Of a stretch of 64,000 nucleotides of DNA, positions 36,666 through 49,797 are shown in pieces (position 1 is the first letter of the stretch; every line of letters begins with the position of its first letter). Below the pieces are notes generated by a model that saw nothing but the letters and a program-made list of their open reading frames with translations, had not been told where the DNA came from and searched no databases. The position numbers and the translations under genes were made by a program. Source of the DNA: the human T2T-CHM13v2.0 reference genome, Homo sapiens; the NCBI RefSeq assembly GCF_009914755.1, contig NC_060925.1. One strand, written 5' to 3'.

Positions 36666-37634
36666 GAATCATTTGGTTTGGCATGAGACAGAGAGGCTAA
36701 CCTCAGGGTTGTAAAAAGATGCCCCCCCACAAAAAATAAAGCTGTTATGAGGCCATTTAGGTCCACACATAAAGAAACTCATTCACAAAATTGTAAGTTC
36801 TGGTTCACTCATTATGACATATTTGTTAACAATATAGATACTTTCATTTGGGGAAATCCAGACAATTTAAATTTGTCTTTATGGCATACCAATGGATAAT
36901 TTTATAAAGCTTTTTCACCAGAAATACGGGTCCTGCCTATGATCAATTCTCATCTGTATGTTGGAAAGCAATTTCAGTAAGTACTTAGCTTAATCAATTT
37001 GTATCTGCACATTGACCTTCGGGACTCTGCACGTGGGTCCCATCATGCAGCGTGCTCTGCAATTCTCTGTCTCTTTAGACAGCATATTTCTCAATATTTG
37101 TACATGGTTTTCATATTCAATCAATACAATCATCTGTTCTCTCCTTTCAACCACTTCCCTTGACTGGGGAGGTGAGAATCCAGCAGCGCCTCTGTCACTT
37201 GTGTGTATTAGAGAATACTTGTTTACCATTTCCCCAAAACCTGAAGAACTGCAAAGGTAGTGGGGCATTGTGGGATAACAAAAATAATGTGAAAAATAAA
37301 AATAAATTTATAAGCTTGTTTACACAATTATGCAAATGATGAGCACTTATACATGGCTGATTCCTCAATTATTCATGGTTTGAAGCCCTTGAAAATTCAA
37401 TTCAACTAAATAACCTTTTCTTCGGCTCTTATTATGAGAAAGGTACTGTAATTTGAGGAAAGGGAGACAAAGATACAACTTGATAAGGAACGTTAGAGAA
37501 ATACACAAATGATTGCAATACAAGTTGAATAAGCACAGTAAGAAAAAGTACAATACGTGCTCTGAGGGTTTAGTGCAGAAGAGATAACATCTGTTTGGGT
37601 GGATTCATGGAGAACGGAGGAGATTATGTTAGAA

Positions 37635-38282
37635 TCCCCTCTTCTCCATCCTTAGCACAGGTTATTTTGGTTGAGGTCTGTATCACCTCTCATCTGGACT
37701 ATTAGAGCAACTTCCTATTTCATCTGCCCCTCTAATTGCTGTGTCCTGAGTGATCTTTCTAAAGGCAACATGATCATGTCACTCCTGCCTTTAAACCCTC
37801 TATTGTTCCCATTGTTTGCAAGAAAGGGTTAAAGTTTCTCAGGATCTCCACTCAAAGTCTAAATGTCTGTCATTCTGTGAAGCCTCAATACTCCTTGCCT
37901 CCCTGCCATGTACATAGCAGCGTCTACACGTCAGGCTGCTTTGGTCCCATGATCTCAATGACCTTGCCCATGCTGCTCCTCCTACTGGACTGGCCTCCCT
38001 CTTCTCTCTTTTTCTCGTTTCTCTTCTTGGGTCCCCCATTTGCTGGAGAACTCCTTTGACAATTTCCTTGCTGCCCCCTCCCCCAAGACAGGGCTAATAA
38101 TGATTCCCACCCTGCCTCTCTATAGTGCATAGCCTCACCATCTCACTATCACACCGTAGTTAGGCGTGAGGGAGGCATGCCTTGCCTTCCTTGTAAGAGT
38201 GTGTCCTCCTTGTGTTCAGAGTCCAGATGGGGTGTGGCACCTAGTATATGCTACATGCATGTCTGCCGAATTATGTTGAATT
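37635..38282 (+). mobile_element. L2 3' portion
   Basis: atcacctctcatctggactatt...gagtgatctttctaaa...tgatcatgtcactcctgcctttaaaccctc...tggcacctagta. Confidence 0.75.
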
Positions 38283-38329
38283 TGTTGCACGGGTAGGTAG
38301 GATGCACTGCTTTCCATAGGATTCAGGGA

Positions 38330-38610
38330 TAAGTAAATGGTGAGAAGTGAATGGAGAATGTTCTTCCCTGGAATCCAGGACAAGAGAAAGAGAGAGAGAA
38401 TCAGGAAATCAAGGGAAAGCTTTTTGTTTGTTTGTTTTAATGGAGACCAAGTATTGTTTACAAGCAGAAGAAAAAGAACTTACAGAGAGTGAAAGAAAAT
38501 GCAAGTGAGGAAAGGAGAGCAATGGGTGGATCAGGCTATAGAGGAGAAGGGTAAGGAAGAGACCAAGGACTCATTGGAAGAGTTAGTTGTGGCCAGGAGG
38601 AACCCTTTCT
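38330..38610 (-). mobile_element. L2 internal fragment
   Basis: Purine-rich tcaagggaaagctttttg...tggagaccaagtattgttta...cagagagtgaaag matches the internal L2 antisense pattern. Confidence 0.5.
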
Positions 38611-38975
38611 CTCCAGAGACAGGACAAAAGCAAGTTGGGCAGGATGATTGCACAGAAGCATTCTGAGAAGGAGAGTGAAATTGAGCAAGCTCTTTATAGC
38701 TCCAGGCTTAGCGAAGGAGGAGGTGAGTTTGCATGTAAACTGCCAGTTGATGCATCCAATGCCATTACATTTTGCACATGTAAAGCATAAGATGTTGAGA
38801 GCAAACACAAGTACTAGGAAGGTACTTGGACAAGCAGTCGCCTGTTAGATAATATGGTCTTAATGAAAGCCTTGTCACAATGGCACAGAATGCTTAATTT
38901 CCTGAGATGTGGGTAGGCCAAGGCCTGGAGGCTCTGCCAAGACCTCCTCTGATACTCCTCTTTCCCCTTCCATAG

Positions 38976-39352
38976 TGATATGGTTTGGCTGTGTCCCCAA
39001 CCAAATCTCATCTTGAATTGCAGTTCCTATAATTCCCACATGGCATGGGAGGGACCTGGTGGGAGGTACTTGAATCATGTGGGCGGTTACCTCTATGTTG
39101 CTATTCTCATGATGGTGGGTGAGTTTTCCTGAGATCTGACAGTTTTATAAGGGGCTTTTCCCTTTTTGCTTGGCACTTCTCCTTCCTGCCATCATGTGAA
39201 GAAGGAGGTGTTTGCTTCCCCTTCTGCCATGATTGTAAGTTTCCTGAGGCCTCCCCAACCATGCTGAACTGTGAGTCAATTAAACCTCTTTCCTTTATAA
39301 ATTACCCAGTCCCAGGCAGTTCTTTACAGAAGTGTGAGAACAGACTAATACA
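38976..39352 (+). mobile_element. THE1D solo LTR
   Basis: tgatatggtttggctgtgtcccc...gactaataca. Perfect 5-bp TSD CATAG at 38971-38975 and 39353-39357. Confidence 0.95.
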
Positions 39353-42300
39353 CATAGGGAACAGCCATTTGAGCTCTGACTGATCAGAGGTTTGGCATAG
39401 AGTCAAACACTGCAATTCTGGAGTTGTACTTTGTTCAGCCTCCTCAACCTAGTTTTACCACGCAGGAAAGCAGACATTTACACTCTAACTGTAGTTTCTG
39501 ATCAAAGCCATAGTTTAAATGGATTACAAGTAATTTCCTCCTGAAACCCCTCAAGAGTTCCTGAAATCTGGGGTGAGTTTTGGACTGGCAGGGCCAGTGC
39601 AGGAAAAGTGGGTTTGCCCACAGCGATGCCCAAGCCCCGGGTGCCCTCCTTCACCTACCTGGCTCCTTGGAGTCCTTAACATCCCTCCAGGGAAATATGG
39701 TGGGCCGTCGTTCCCCACCTGAGTGCTAATGCTCAAGGGTTAAGCTCAAGGTTTAGCTTCTCTTGAAAGTCTGTAAGAGCAGCTACATTTGTTAAGCATT
39801 TCACAAAGAAGCTTAAATTCAGGAACACCTCTTTCATGACCACCCATATACAGAAGGGCAAATCGTGTTTTTAGGAGTTTCAAGATTTAATTCTGGGGAT
39901 AGCCAGGTGCCTAGTTTGGTTGGGGCAGTATAGCAAGCAGATAACTCGGTTTGTTTGCCTGTAAGAATATATTTACCTAAACATTGAACCATTTGTTTAT
40001 GTCCACTTTTGCTGGTTTTTTTTTTTAAATTCCCCTTTCCCATTTTGCTTTTATTTTTATAAAATCTGACGGAAGGGTATTAAGTTGAAAGGCTATATCT
40101 ATTTGGCTTGATAAGTGTGTTTTTCCTTTTTGGGAGTGAACCCACCCATAAGAGTTACAGAGGGTGCTGAACATATTCATAAAGTGAAACATTCATATTT
40201 CTGACTATCTTACATTATTCTCAGCCAAAGTCAGGTACTAACAGCATTAATATCAAAGTAAATGGCTAAATAATAGTTGCTCAATAAAGGTTATTGTCTG
40301 GAACTGAAAGTTATCATAAGGTGTGGGGGTATAGAGTGAAGCTTTTCCATAGATTATCACAATTGAAGGACAGAACTCTGTCCTGGGCCCCTTCCCCCAG
40401 ATTACCATTTTTTGAAAATGCATGATCATGGAGACATATCTACACAGAGAATCACAGACCTTTAGAGATGAAGGGCACCTTATGGACACACACAAACCCA
40501 GTTTTAGGCTGCAAAACGGGAGAAAGTAGTACGGTACTTCAAAACCTGTCTGCAGTACAGAACAGGCTTGAAGCTGGGAGCTCAACTCCCCAAATATCAC
40601 ATTTATCTCAATTTGGCAAGAAGCTGAAAACCTATCTGGGACCATTTAAATTCTAATGTTATTAAGGGCTCATCTAATCAGCTTTTAAAATAAGCTGCTT
40701 CAAATGCATGGGAAATGAAGGTGAGATAGAAGCAGGCAAGCAAGGCAGTTCAGGCCAGCCTGTGAGCACCTGGGTTTGAATTGCCAAGGAGCCATGAGGG
40801 GACCTGGCTGCCTACCTATTTGGTAACTCCTGCAATTCCAACACCAAGCCATGCTAGTGAAAAGTGATTTGTAAGTGTGTGGGGAAGGGGACTAATCTGG
40901 ACAAGCTATGTTCTCCTGTGAGGTGGTTCAGACACATGTGACAGGCTTGGCCGGGAAAGATGGACTGCCCTCTGTGCCAGGAGGTGGCTTTGAGATTTAA
41001 TCAGCAGGGTTTGTCAAATATTCTTTTATCCACACAAGTGCTTTCCCTGAGCAGAGTGCAGGTCAGTAAAAATGTCTTCATTGTAATACACTGCCAGTGT
41101 TGCTTTCGCGACAGGCAACCTTAGCCGTTGGTACACCCTGGTCCACCTTCCATGTCTGCTTGGTTGCAGAGAACTTGATCTGAACCAGCTGGTATCCTAG
41201 AAGCAACAAATTAACCAATTCTCCCTTAAGTGTGAATGGTTGATAGCCAGCGTGATGTGATGATGTCTCTTGTGAATTGGAATGTTCAAAGGTGTTTTAA
41301 ATGGCATGGGGTACTTTGTAGTCAAGTGCCCCTAAGGAAGGCAGGCTGCCACTGAGGGTGTTCTGGGCTGATTCAAACATGGGGCTTCAGAAAAGACTTG
41401 CCTTAAATCTGTAGAGTAGCATGAGGGATACTGAGACTGTAGTGAGTCTAAGGAAGAAAATGAGCTCCCGAACAAACTTTTCACAACAAACTTAAGCTGT
41501 ATAACAAACTGTATAACAAATACAGAGAGAAGACTGGTGGCTATATTATTGTTTTGTGCAATAAAAAACGGCCACACCTGTTTGAAAAGTTCCCAGTTCA
41601 GTATATCAAGTTTGAGTGCCATGGAAAGTTATTAAAGGAGCAAAATATTCACTGTGCCTGACAACTCTATGAATCCTAAGAGCCTTCTCCTGTGGACCAT
41701 TTTTTAGAGGTTATTATTTCAACCTGAAAATTCTTTAGACATATATATGTGGTATGAAAAAGGAATTAGGAAAGCTTTTAAATTAAAGGAAATAAAATGA
41801 CAGGTTTTTCCTCCAGCCATATAGTTATGGATAGAGATAAAGAGATGGATATTTTTTCATAATACTTTATTAGGGGTTTTGGAACTCCAGAAATTTTAGA
41901 GCGAGACTGGTGAATAATTTATCACTGATTCATGCGGGCCCAGTGCAGGCACAGGCAGGCTGGGAGTCAAGTCTAGCTTCTTGGAGGGACTGAGCACAGT
42001 AACACACTTTCATTACCAACCGCATCATGAAATGCATTCAGAAATATTTTATGAGAAGCCAAAGCCTTGGTACCCGGTTTCTCCAGCTTTTTCAGAGACT
42101 GCATGAAGCCCAGAGGAGCTAATGCTGTTGACCACCTCATTTCAAGGAGACTAGCCCCCAGGGTGTTGTTCCAGTAACAAAAGGTCTCAGATCCCTGGGA
42201 ATATGCAGTTACATATGAAAGCCACAGACTGGCCATGGGAATGATGAATGATCAAATGTTCACAGGAAATACCTTTTGTGATGGTGTCTTCGATGCTTTC

Positions 42301-42789
42301 TCTTTACTGCACTTTCTTTAATCCTAATTCCAAAAGAGACCTGCCCTCTATGCAGTTAAAACGATACAGCCACCTGAAACAGAAATAAGGGAGGGAAGAA
42401 ATATATTAATGGTTTCAAAATAAGAAACCCTGGTTTCCCTTTCTATTCTAAGTACCACATCGCCTTTAAAATAAATTTGTAGGTGCACCATGTGAATTTC
42501 CAAAGCAAAGAAAATTGTTGCTTAGTTGCTTTTTCTCTCCAGAGACTTTCATTTATTTCATTGATTTTCTTTCATTCATTCTCATAGTTTTCAATAAAAA
42601 GGAAAATATTTGAGGTAAACAAATCTATGGAATGATTATAAATCCAGAAATGTGCTTTAGGTTTTTGAAAGTGACTGTAATAACATGCTTAGCTGATCTG
42701 ATTATGACAAATGCTTGACACTCCCTCCAAAAGGCCTCCCATACAAACCTCCTCCCCAACCTGACCCCCTCTTATGTCCTTAATGTCCT

Positions 42790-42972
42790 TGGCACTCTAA
42801 GCATTCCTATGTTGTGAAAATCTCCATGTACTATAAACCTCTTTATTTGTGCCATGCTCACTCTGGACTCCCAACTCTTCAGGGTCAGAGTCTTCAACTT
42901 TCTCACTGCTTTAGTTCCTGTCCCAAGCACAATGCCAGTGCATAAAAGTTCAACAAAGAAGGAATAAATGCA
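42790..42972 (+). mobile_element. L2 3' end
   Basis: ctggactcccaactcttcagggtcagag...agcacaatgccagtgcataaaagttcaacaaa...gaataaatg. Confidence 0.55.
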
Positions 42973-44029
42973 TGCAAAACAAAGTAATTCTCCCAGATTA
43001 GAACAACCTCCAACAGAAGCAGTGGCATCGATTGTTAAGTGAGAGCCTTCTGAGTAAGCAAATTTGTCAGCTTCTGTAACCAGGGGTCCTACGCAGATCT
43101 TCAGCCAGGCCTCCGCTACACAATTTCCAAGGAAGTGTCAACACAGTTGGTGGCTCGATAATTATGCCTTCAAGGGCTTGCTTCTCACAAACCCTGCTAA
43201 GCCTTCTCCAAATGGGACACTGAGCCCCAGGGATATCATTTATAGGTGCTTCAAGAGGATGGATTTGCAAAAATCAGGCGACATCTGAGAGAGGAAGAAG
43301 CAAGCATTTGGCTGAGGTAGAGGCTTGCTCATCTAAGACATCTGTGAATAAATTAACCTTCCCTGGAGGACCTCATGAAACCCTCAGAATTGGAAGAAGT
43401 GTAAAGATTATTTAGTTCTGGAAGGGCAAACATTTTCCATCTTGAGTGAATACTCCAGTGCATCCACTGTGGCTGCCTGGCGAGTGGGGACAATAATTCT
43501 GAGGTGGCATCACAGGGAAAGAACTGGTCATCAATGGGTTTGCCAGGGCCCAGGACTGGGAGGTGTTGCAGGTGATATAAATGCCAGGTATTTTTCTCTT
43601 CCAATTCTAATCTGGCTGCTCACCAAATGGAAGAATCGCAGGTTCTTTGGACAGTGTAATTTAGATGGTAGCTGCCCACAGATTGCAGCCTATTTGGGGG
43701 GCAGATAGCTCTGAGACTAGAAAATCTCTTCTTCCATGGAATTACAACTCCCCCTCCTGTTTGCTTCCACCCACTGACCTTTCTTTTCCTCATCCTCACC
43801 TGTGAGGTGCTAACCTCACTCTCAGAAAGCTTGTCCAATATCTTTTGAACCAACTGCATCAAAAGTCATGAAAAAAATTATGAAAATCCCCTTCACTTGA
43901 GTTTATTAAAAACACCGGGTACTTTTGACATGCTATTTTATTGTTACCTATTTCTCCAACTAGATGTAGGCACAGTTATTCACTCATTCAACTAACATGT
44001 TTATTACATTTTAAAGTTCTTCATTTGAT

Positions 44030-44640
44030 ATTCCTAAAATTATAAAAGTGACACATGCTTATTATAATAAAAAAGTCAATATAAAAATGTATGCAGAAGA
44101 CGCTAATCGTTTCTCCCAATCTCGGTTCCTTAAGTAACATTTTAATACACTGGTAAGTATCCTTCCACACTGTCATAATTCCCAGGAAACAGCTTGAGAC
44201 TGGATATGCACACAGAAGGCTTACTGAGACTTACTCCTGAGGGCTACGGCACCTGGGGGAAGTACAGGAAGTGGAACTGGCCAGAGGGAACGTTGGAGTT
44301 GTCCTGCATTGAAAAAGGATCCAGGTCTTAGGGCCCCACACACACCCGCCTCTCTTTGGCTCTGGGCTGCCCCCAGGGAGAGGATGGGCAAAGCAGCTCT
44401 TTTTGGCTGGTGGTGATTCCTGAAAAGGGACTCAGCTGTGAGCTGTCAGCAGCCAACGCTCCCAGCAGCTGCAAAATTGAGTGCCTCAGTTGGGTGGTGT
44501 CTCAAAGCACCCAAATATACACCCTCCCTTTTGCTCATTTAAACCTAATTATGCATATATAACAGATATATGGGATGTTTTTGTTTATAGTTTTTAACTG
44601 AAATACTCTGCAACTTGCTTTGACTTAACATACAAACATC
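44030..44640 (-). mobile_element. Ancient L1ME 3' fragment (split by LTR16)
   Basis: attataaaagtgacacatgcttatt...gtatccttccaca | ...tctgcaacttgctttgacttaaca. Confidence 0.55.
44171..44513 (-). mobile_element. LTR16C-like solo LTR
   Basis: ttcccaggaaacagcttgagactggatatgcacacagaagg...ctgggctgccccc...agctgtgagctgtcagcagccaacgctcccagcagctg. Confidence 0.72.
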
Positions 44641-44902
44641 ATCATTTTTCCTCTAATTTGTTTATGCATACATACACATACTTTTACAAGATTATACTAT
44701 ACATGTAGAATTTTTAGTGCACTCTCTTTTTTTTTTTCTCCATTGCTTGCCTCTCTCTACCTCCTCTTCTTCCCTGAACTATCCACATTACCTCGGCCCC
44801 TGTGTTGGCAGCATGGAGTACATCCTTTTAGACTTCCTTTCACGCTCATTTAACCACATATATACATATGTGAATGTGGATATGTGCACTTATTTACTTT
44901 TT

Positions 44903-45030
44903 TAGTCATTGGCAGCAACCATTTACTGAGAGCCTTGTGAGTACCCAGGCCCATGCCAGGCACCAGGAATATGAAGAAGAGGATACAGCCACCACCTGCA
45001 AGAAGCTCCTGTCTTTGAGGGAGAGGGACA
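44903..45030 (-). mobile_element. L2 3' end
   Basis: caaccatttactgagagcc...ccaggcccatgccaggcaccagg...aagaagctcctgtct. Confidence 0.6.
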
Positions 45031-46554
45031 TGGGAACTTGTCAGGGCATGCACCTCCAAAGTGATTTAGAGGAATAGAATTAGAATGTGGGGTTTCTGTA
45101 TTCCAGTCCTATCCTCTTTTCCACTTAACCAGTTTTATTTATTTAAACGGGTTTCCAACTGTTGGCTGAGCAACTGCCAAACTGAAGTGGAGTGTGTGTG
45201 CCAATCTTCCTGAAGTCATTACCACACTTGTTCTGATAGAATGAAGCTCATCGTGAACCCCATATACTGGCCCTTGTGATATAAACACGCATTACCTCAC
45301 TAGTAGATCCACTTAATTTGATGAACAAGTCCTACAGCCCTAATGATATCACACAAAGGCCTTATCTTAAGATAGATTCATATAACTGGTGACAAGGCAA
45401 AGGATTATTATCACAGCCATTCTTGAAGCTGATGTGTCTCAAGGTAGTCATATATTCCTGCAGCAGCAAGTTCTAGAGGCAAAACCACTGGCTTAGACAA
45501 ATATGGGGTACAGGGCTCATGGTCCCAAATCCTTTTAGCTTACACAGTTTCAGAGGGACCCGAGGGAGAGGGGAAGTGGCACCCCAAGAGACATACACAA
45601 AAGTAAAGAGCATGCTGACCTGACTCTCCAGCAGCTTCAGTAAATGGGTGTGTTCTTTCTGTCCACGCTGCAACCTACTCATTTACCTGTATGTACCCTT
45701 TCCAGTGCTCTGCATTATCTGGGGTCAACTTGCAACAGCTCATCTTTGGAAAAAACATCCTATGAAATATGTCTAGAAAATGTGCATTATATTTTCCTTC
45801 CTCATCAAGTGCTGACCCCTCTGTAACACAGGTGAGTTCAGCCATCAGAGGGGATTGGCTTGGACTTTGTAGCATGGGCTCCCTGCCCCTGACTGCCTAG
45901 GCAAGAGCTGAGGATCTGGACAGTCCAAAAAGTGCAGCCCAAGAGACTCTGTTGACCTCAATCACAGATTTTTCTCCAGGGCTTTGTGTTTTTGTCCTCT
46001 TTGGCTTAGGTGAGTCATGGACTTTAGAAGAAAGACACCTGCTGGGCCAGGTGAGATCCAACAATCAAAAACTGCAGAGATTTCAGACTTCACAGTAACA
46101 GTTCTTTTTGACATCCAGTATAAACCTTGTTGCTTGAAAGGTTTTGGTTGATGTACTGCAAATTGCTGGAGATGTTCCAGTAATGGATATTTGATCCCAA
46201 GGATGCTGATCAGCTATAGACAAGATTGCCCAATACCCCAAAGTATGGTCAATTTATTTTGTTCTCAATTCTCACAGCAGTTGGTTGCTGAACAATGGAT
46301 CAGATTGTGAACAACCTTCAAGTTGTTCTTAGTCATCTTAATGTGAAAATGGGAAATTTAGGCAACTGTTGGTGATCTGACCCATATTCTGCTTCTAAAT
46401 AAACAAGGCTTCCTACCAGGAGGGATCTTGAATGGCTGTTATTTCAGACTCCTACTTTCAGGCATACAAATGTGAATGTTTCTTAGAGGGATTTCTCTGA
46501 CCCACTGGTATTGGCAAGGCTTTGCAATTCAGCAGAGTGTAAGAAGTTCATGAA

Positions 46555-47062
46555 TTCTCCATTTATCTACTGATGCATAACAAATTACCCTAAAACTCAG
46601 TGGTTGAAAATAATAAACATTTATTATCTCATAATTTCTGTGGGTCAGGAATTCAGAAGCAGTTTATCTGAGTGGTTCTGGCTCAGGGTCTCTCACGAGG
46701 TTTCAGTCAAGATGTTGAAGGTTGCAGTCTTCAACCTGGTAGGAATAGAGGATCTGCTTCCAAGATGGCTCGTTTGTGTGATATTGGTCATTGCAGGAGG
46801 CCTCAGCTTCTCCCCATGTGGGCTTCTACAAGGGTGCTTGAGTGTCCTTACAACTTGGTGGCTAGCTTCCCCGAGAGTGAACAATCTGAGAAAGTGCACG
46901 GTGGAAGCCACAGTGTCTTATAAGACTAAGCTCACCATCATTTCTGCAAGATTCTATTGGTATGCAGGTTAGCCCCATTTAATGAGGGAAAAAGCTGCAG
47001 AAGGGTATGAATGCCACAAAGCAAGGATCAACTGGGGGTCATCTTGAAGGCTAGTTGCCACA
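46555..47062 (-). mobile_element. MLT1F-family solo LTR
   Basis: gcataacaaattaccctaaaact...ttctgtgggtcaggaattc...gctcagggtctctcacgagg...ggatctgcttccaagatggctc...gccaca. Confidence 0.88.
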
Positions 47063-47157
47063 AATGCTTTGCGCTTTTGCTTTGTCAATAATGGTAAAGA
47101 CAAGGAAAAAGACATTTCTCTTTCTTGTACCTACCTGGAACTACAAATGAAAAGTGT

Positions 47158-47350
47158 AACATTTGGCTCAAATCCTAGCTCCTACCAGCCACAGACTTGG
47201 AAAGGAATTTACTGAATCCCTCTAAGCACTTATTTTCTAATCTGTAAGATGGGAATAATAATATTTCTTTACGGGGTTGCTAAGAGAATTTACTTAGGTA
47301 ATATATGTAAAAGTCGCAGCTCAGTGTGCAGCAGAAGGAAGGAACTCGAA
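47158..47350 (+). mobile_element. MIR SINE
   Basis: tcaaatcctagctc...tctgtaagatgggaataataata...taatatatgtaaaag. Confidence 0.7.
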
Positions 47351-48759
47351 ACTTCTTAGTTCCTTTCCCTTCTCCCACATTCTTTCCTCTCAGGGTCATG
47401 GTGTAACAACTGAATGCTGTAGTTAAATGGCTAGTCCTCAAAGTCAGCCTTCCTCCCCACTCACCCGACACCACCCTGTTTTGTAAATCCAGGGAAGGGC
47501 TCAGCCTTGGCTATTTAGGTTTCTCATTTCCTGAGGAAGATTTGCTGAGGCTTAATAAAGTCAGGATGTGTGAGAGACGCTGAAGTTCTTTCATATCTTA
47601 ATTAGCAGTTAATTAAGTGGAGGTGCTGGTGTCTGGAATATCTGACAGACAGAGTCCATAATTATCTTTTATTATTATTACTAATGGAAAATATGATCAG
47701 GGAGTTCAAGTTTTCCCAGAATCTCAGGTTTAATTGAATGACCCAGTGGAGGATCAAAATGAACAGGCTGCCCTTTCCACATTGTTTTATTAAAAATATT
47801 TTGAAATTGAGTGGTGCCTTGCATGCAGGAGCTTTGTTGGTGATCTTTAACTAGGCATAGAGGAAGCTTGGTGTGCTACCATGGGGTTGCAGGGTCCCTC
47901 CAGAAAAGCACACAGTCACATTTTGATGACTGTACCAGCAGCATTTTATTAACACCCCGCTCCTCCTCCCAGGGAAGGTCTTGGTTTGGAGGTCAGAAGA
48001 CATTGCTTTAAGGTCTGAACTGAAGAAGAGAAGAGAGGAGCTTTTTAAATGTTGCCATAATGATATTGGCCTCAGTCTTTTAGAAGTTGCATCCAGGAGG
48101 TGCAGCAAATCCCTAACTTATGTTGGTGGCTCAACAACCTCATACTCACACAAGAGCAATGGACCATCCTGGCTGAGGCTGGCCATGCCTGGAGGACTCA
48201 CAGGGTTGGGTGTCCTGAGGGATGTTGAGGAAAGCAAGCTGGGGCCTGCCTCCCTTGTGTCCTGAATTCACATGGGGTGGACCCTCCACAGAAGTTGCTT
48301 GACAATGACTAGACAAGCCATTCTAAGCCTTCAGTCTTCTAGAGTTTCCTTGGGACAGCTGAACATATGTCAGACTACCTTCTCACCTCAGAGAGAGCTG
48401 CACAGTGTCACTATCCACACACAGGTGTGTGTTTGTGCAGATTGTATCACACCTCCTAGATTTAGTGCTACCTCATTCTCCTGATTTCTGAATGGATTAT
48501 TTGAATGAGTCCTCACACACTGCCCAAGTGCATCAGGGCTCTGACCCCGGTATCTGGCAGGTTCTAAGTGGTGTCAGTTGGTATCCTTTATCTAGTGAGC
48601 AATTTCCATTATTCATAATTCAGGATTCAGACAAGACATTCATCAGGTCTAACAAGAGATTTGAGATCTGTGGGACAGCTGGTACTAGAGGGGCTGCAGG
48701 ATTCTGGCTTGGCTTCTGGGCTGCTAAGGCAAAGACTGGCTTGCCCTGCCTATAGTGGC

Positions 48760-49119
48760 TGATATGGTTTGGCTCTGTGTCCCCACCCAAATCTCACCAT
48801 GAATTGTAAGAATCCCCACATGTCAAGGACACTACCAGGTGGAGATAATTGATTCATGGGGGCAGTTTCCTCCATGGCTGCTGTTCTCATGATAGTGAGT
48901 GAGTTCTCAGGAGATTTGATGGTTTTATAAGGGGCTTTTCCCCCTTTGCTTGATACTTTTCTCTCTTGCCACCATGTGAAGAAGGACATGTTTCCTTCCC
49001 CTTCCACCATGATTGTAAGTTTCCTGATCTGTGGAACTGTGAGTCAATTAAACCTCTTTCCTTTTAAATTACCCAGTCTTGGGTATTTATTCATAGCAAA
49101 GTGAGAATGGGCTAATACA
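48760..49119 (+). mobile_element. THE1D-like solo LTR
   Basis: tgatatggtttggctctgtgtccccacccaaatctca...gctaataca. TSD GTGGC (48755-48759) / GGGGC (49120-49124). Confidence 0.93.
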
Positions 49120-49348
49120 GGGGCCATGCTGAGAAGGGCAGAAGCCCTTTTCCAGAAAGGGGGCTGCATGTAGTTTCTGGCCTATATTTGTGGTGCTTAG
49201 AGTTGGCTCCTTGCTGAAGTCCCTGATCAGCATTCCCTGTTCCTCAATGTCCCTCCAAGTGAAGAAGTTACAATCGAATAATCCTACCTGCAGCAGATTC
49301 AGTGCATGAAAAATAGATTAGCAACGAGCTCCACGTCTCAACAGTTAA

Positions 49349-49745
<397 letters not shown>

Positions 49746-49797
49746 AAATTTTAGAAAGGATGGAGTTTAGAAAGCATTATTTCATCAAGCTTTATGG

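Noticed and set aside
39250-39262. PRDM9 hotspot motif position in THE1
   Set aside because: CCTCCCCAACCAT mismatches CCNCCNTNNCCNC at two fixed positions, and the segment is deleted in the second THE1.
38976-49119. Two same-orientation THE1D LTRs as the ends of one provirus
   Set aside because: Each has its own TSD (CATAG; GTGGC/GGGGC), and the 9.4-kb interval holds older repeats rather than THE1 internal sequence.
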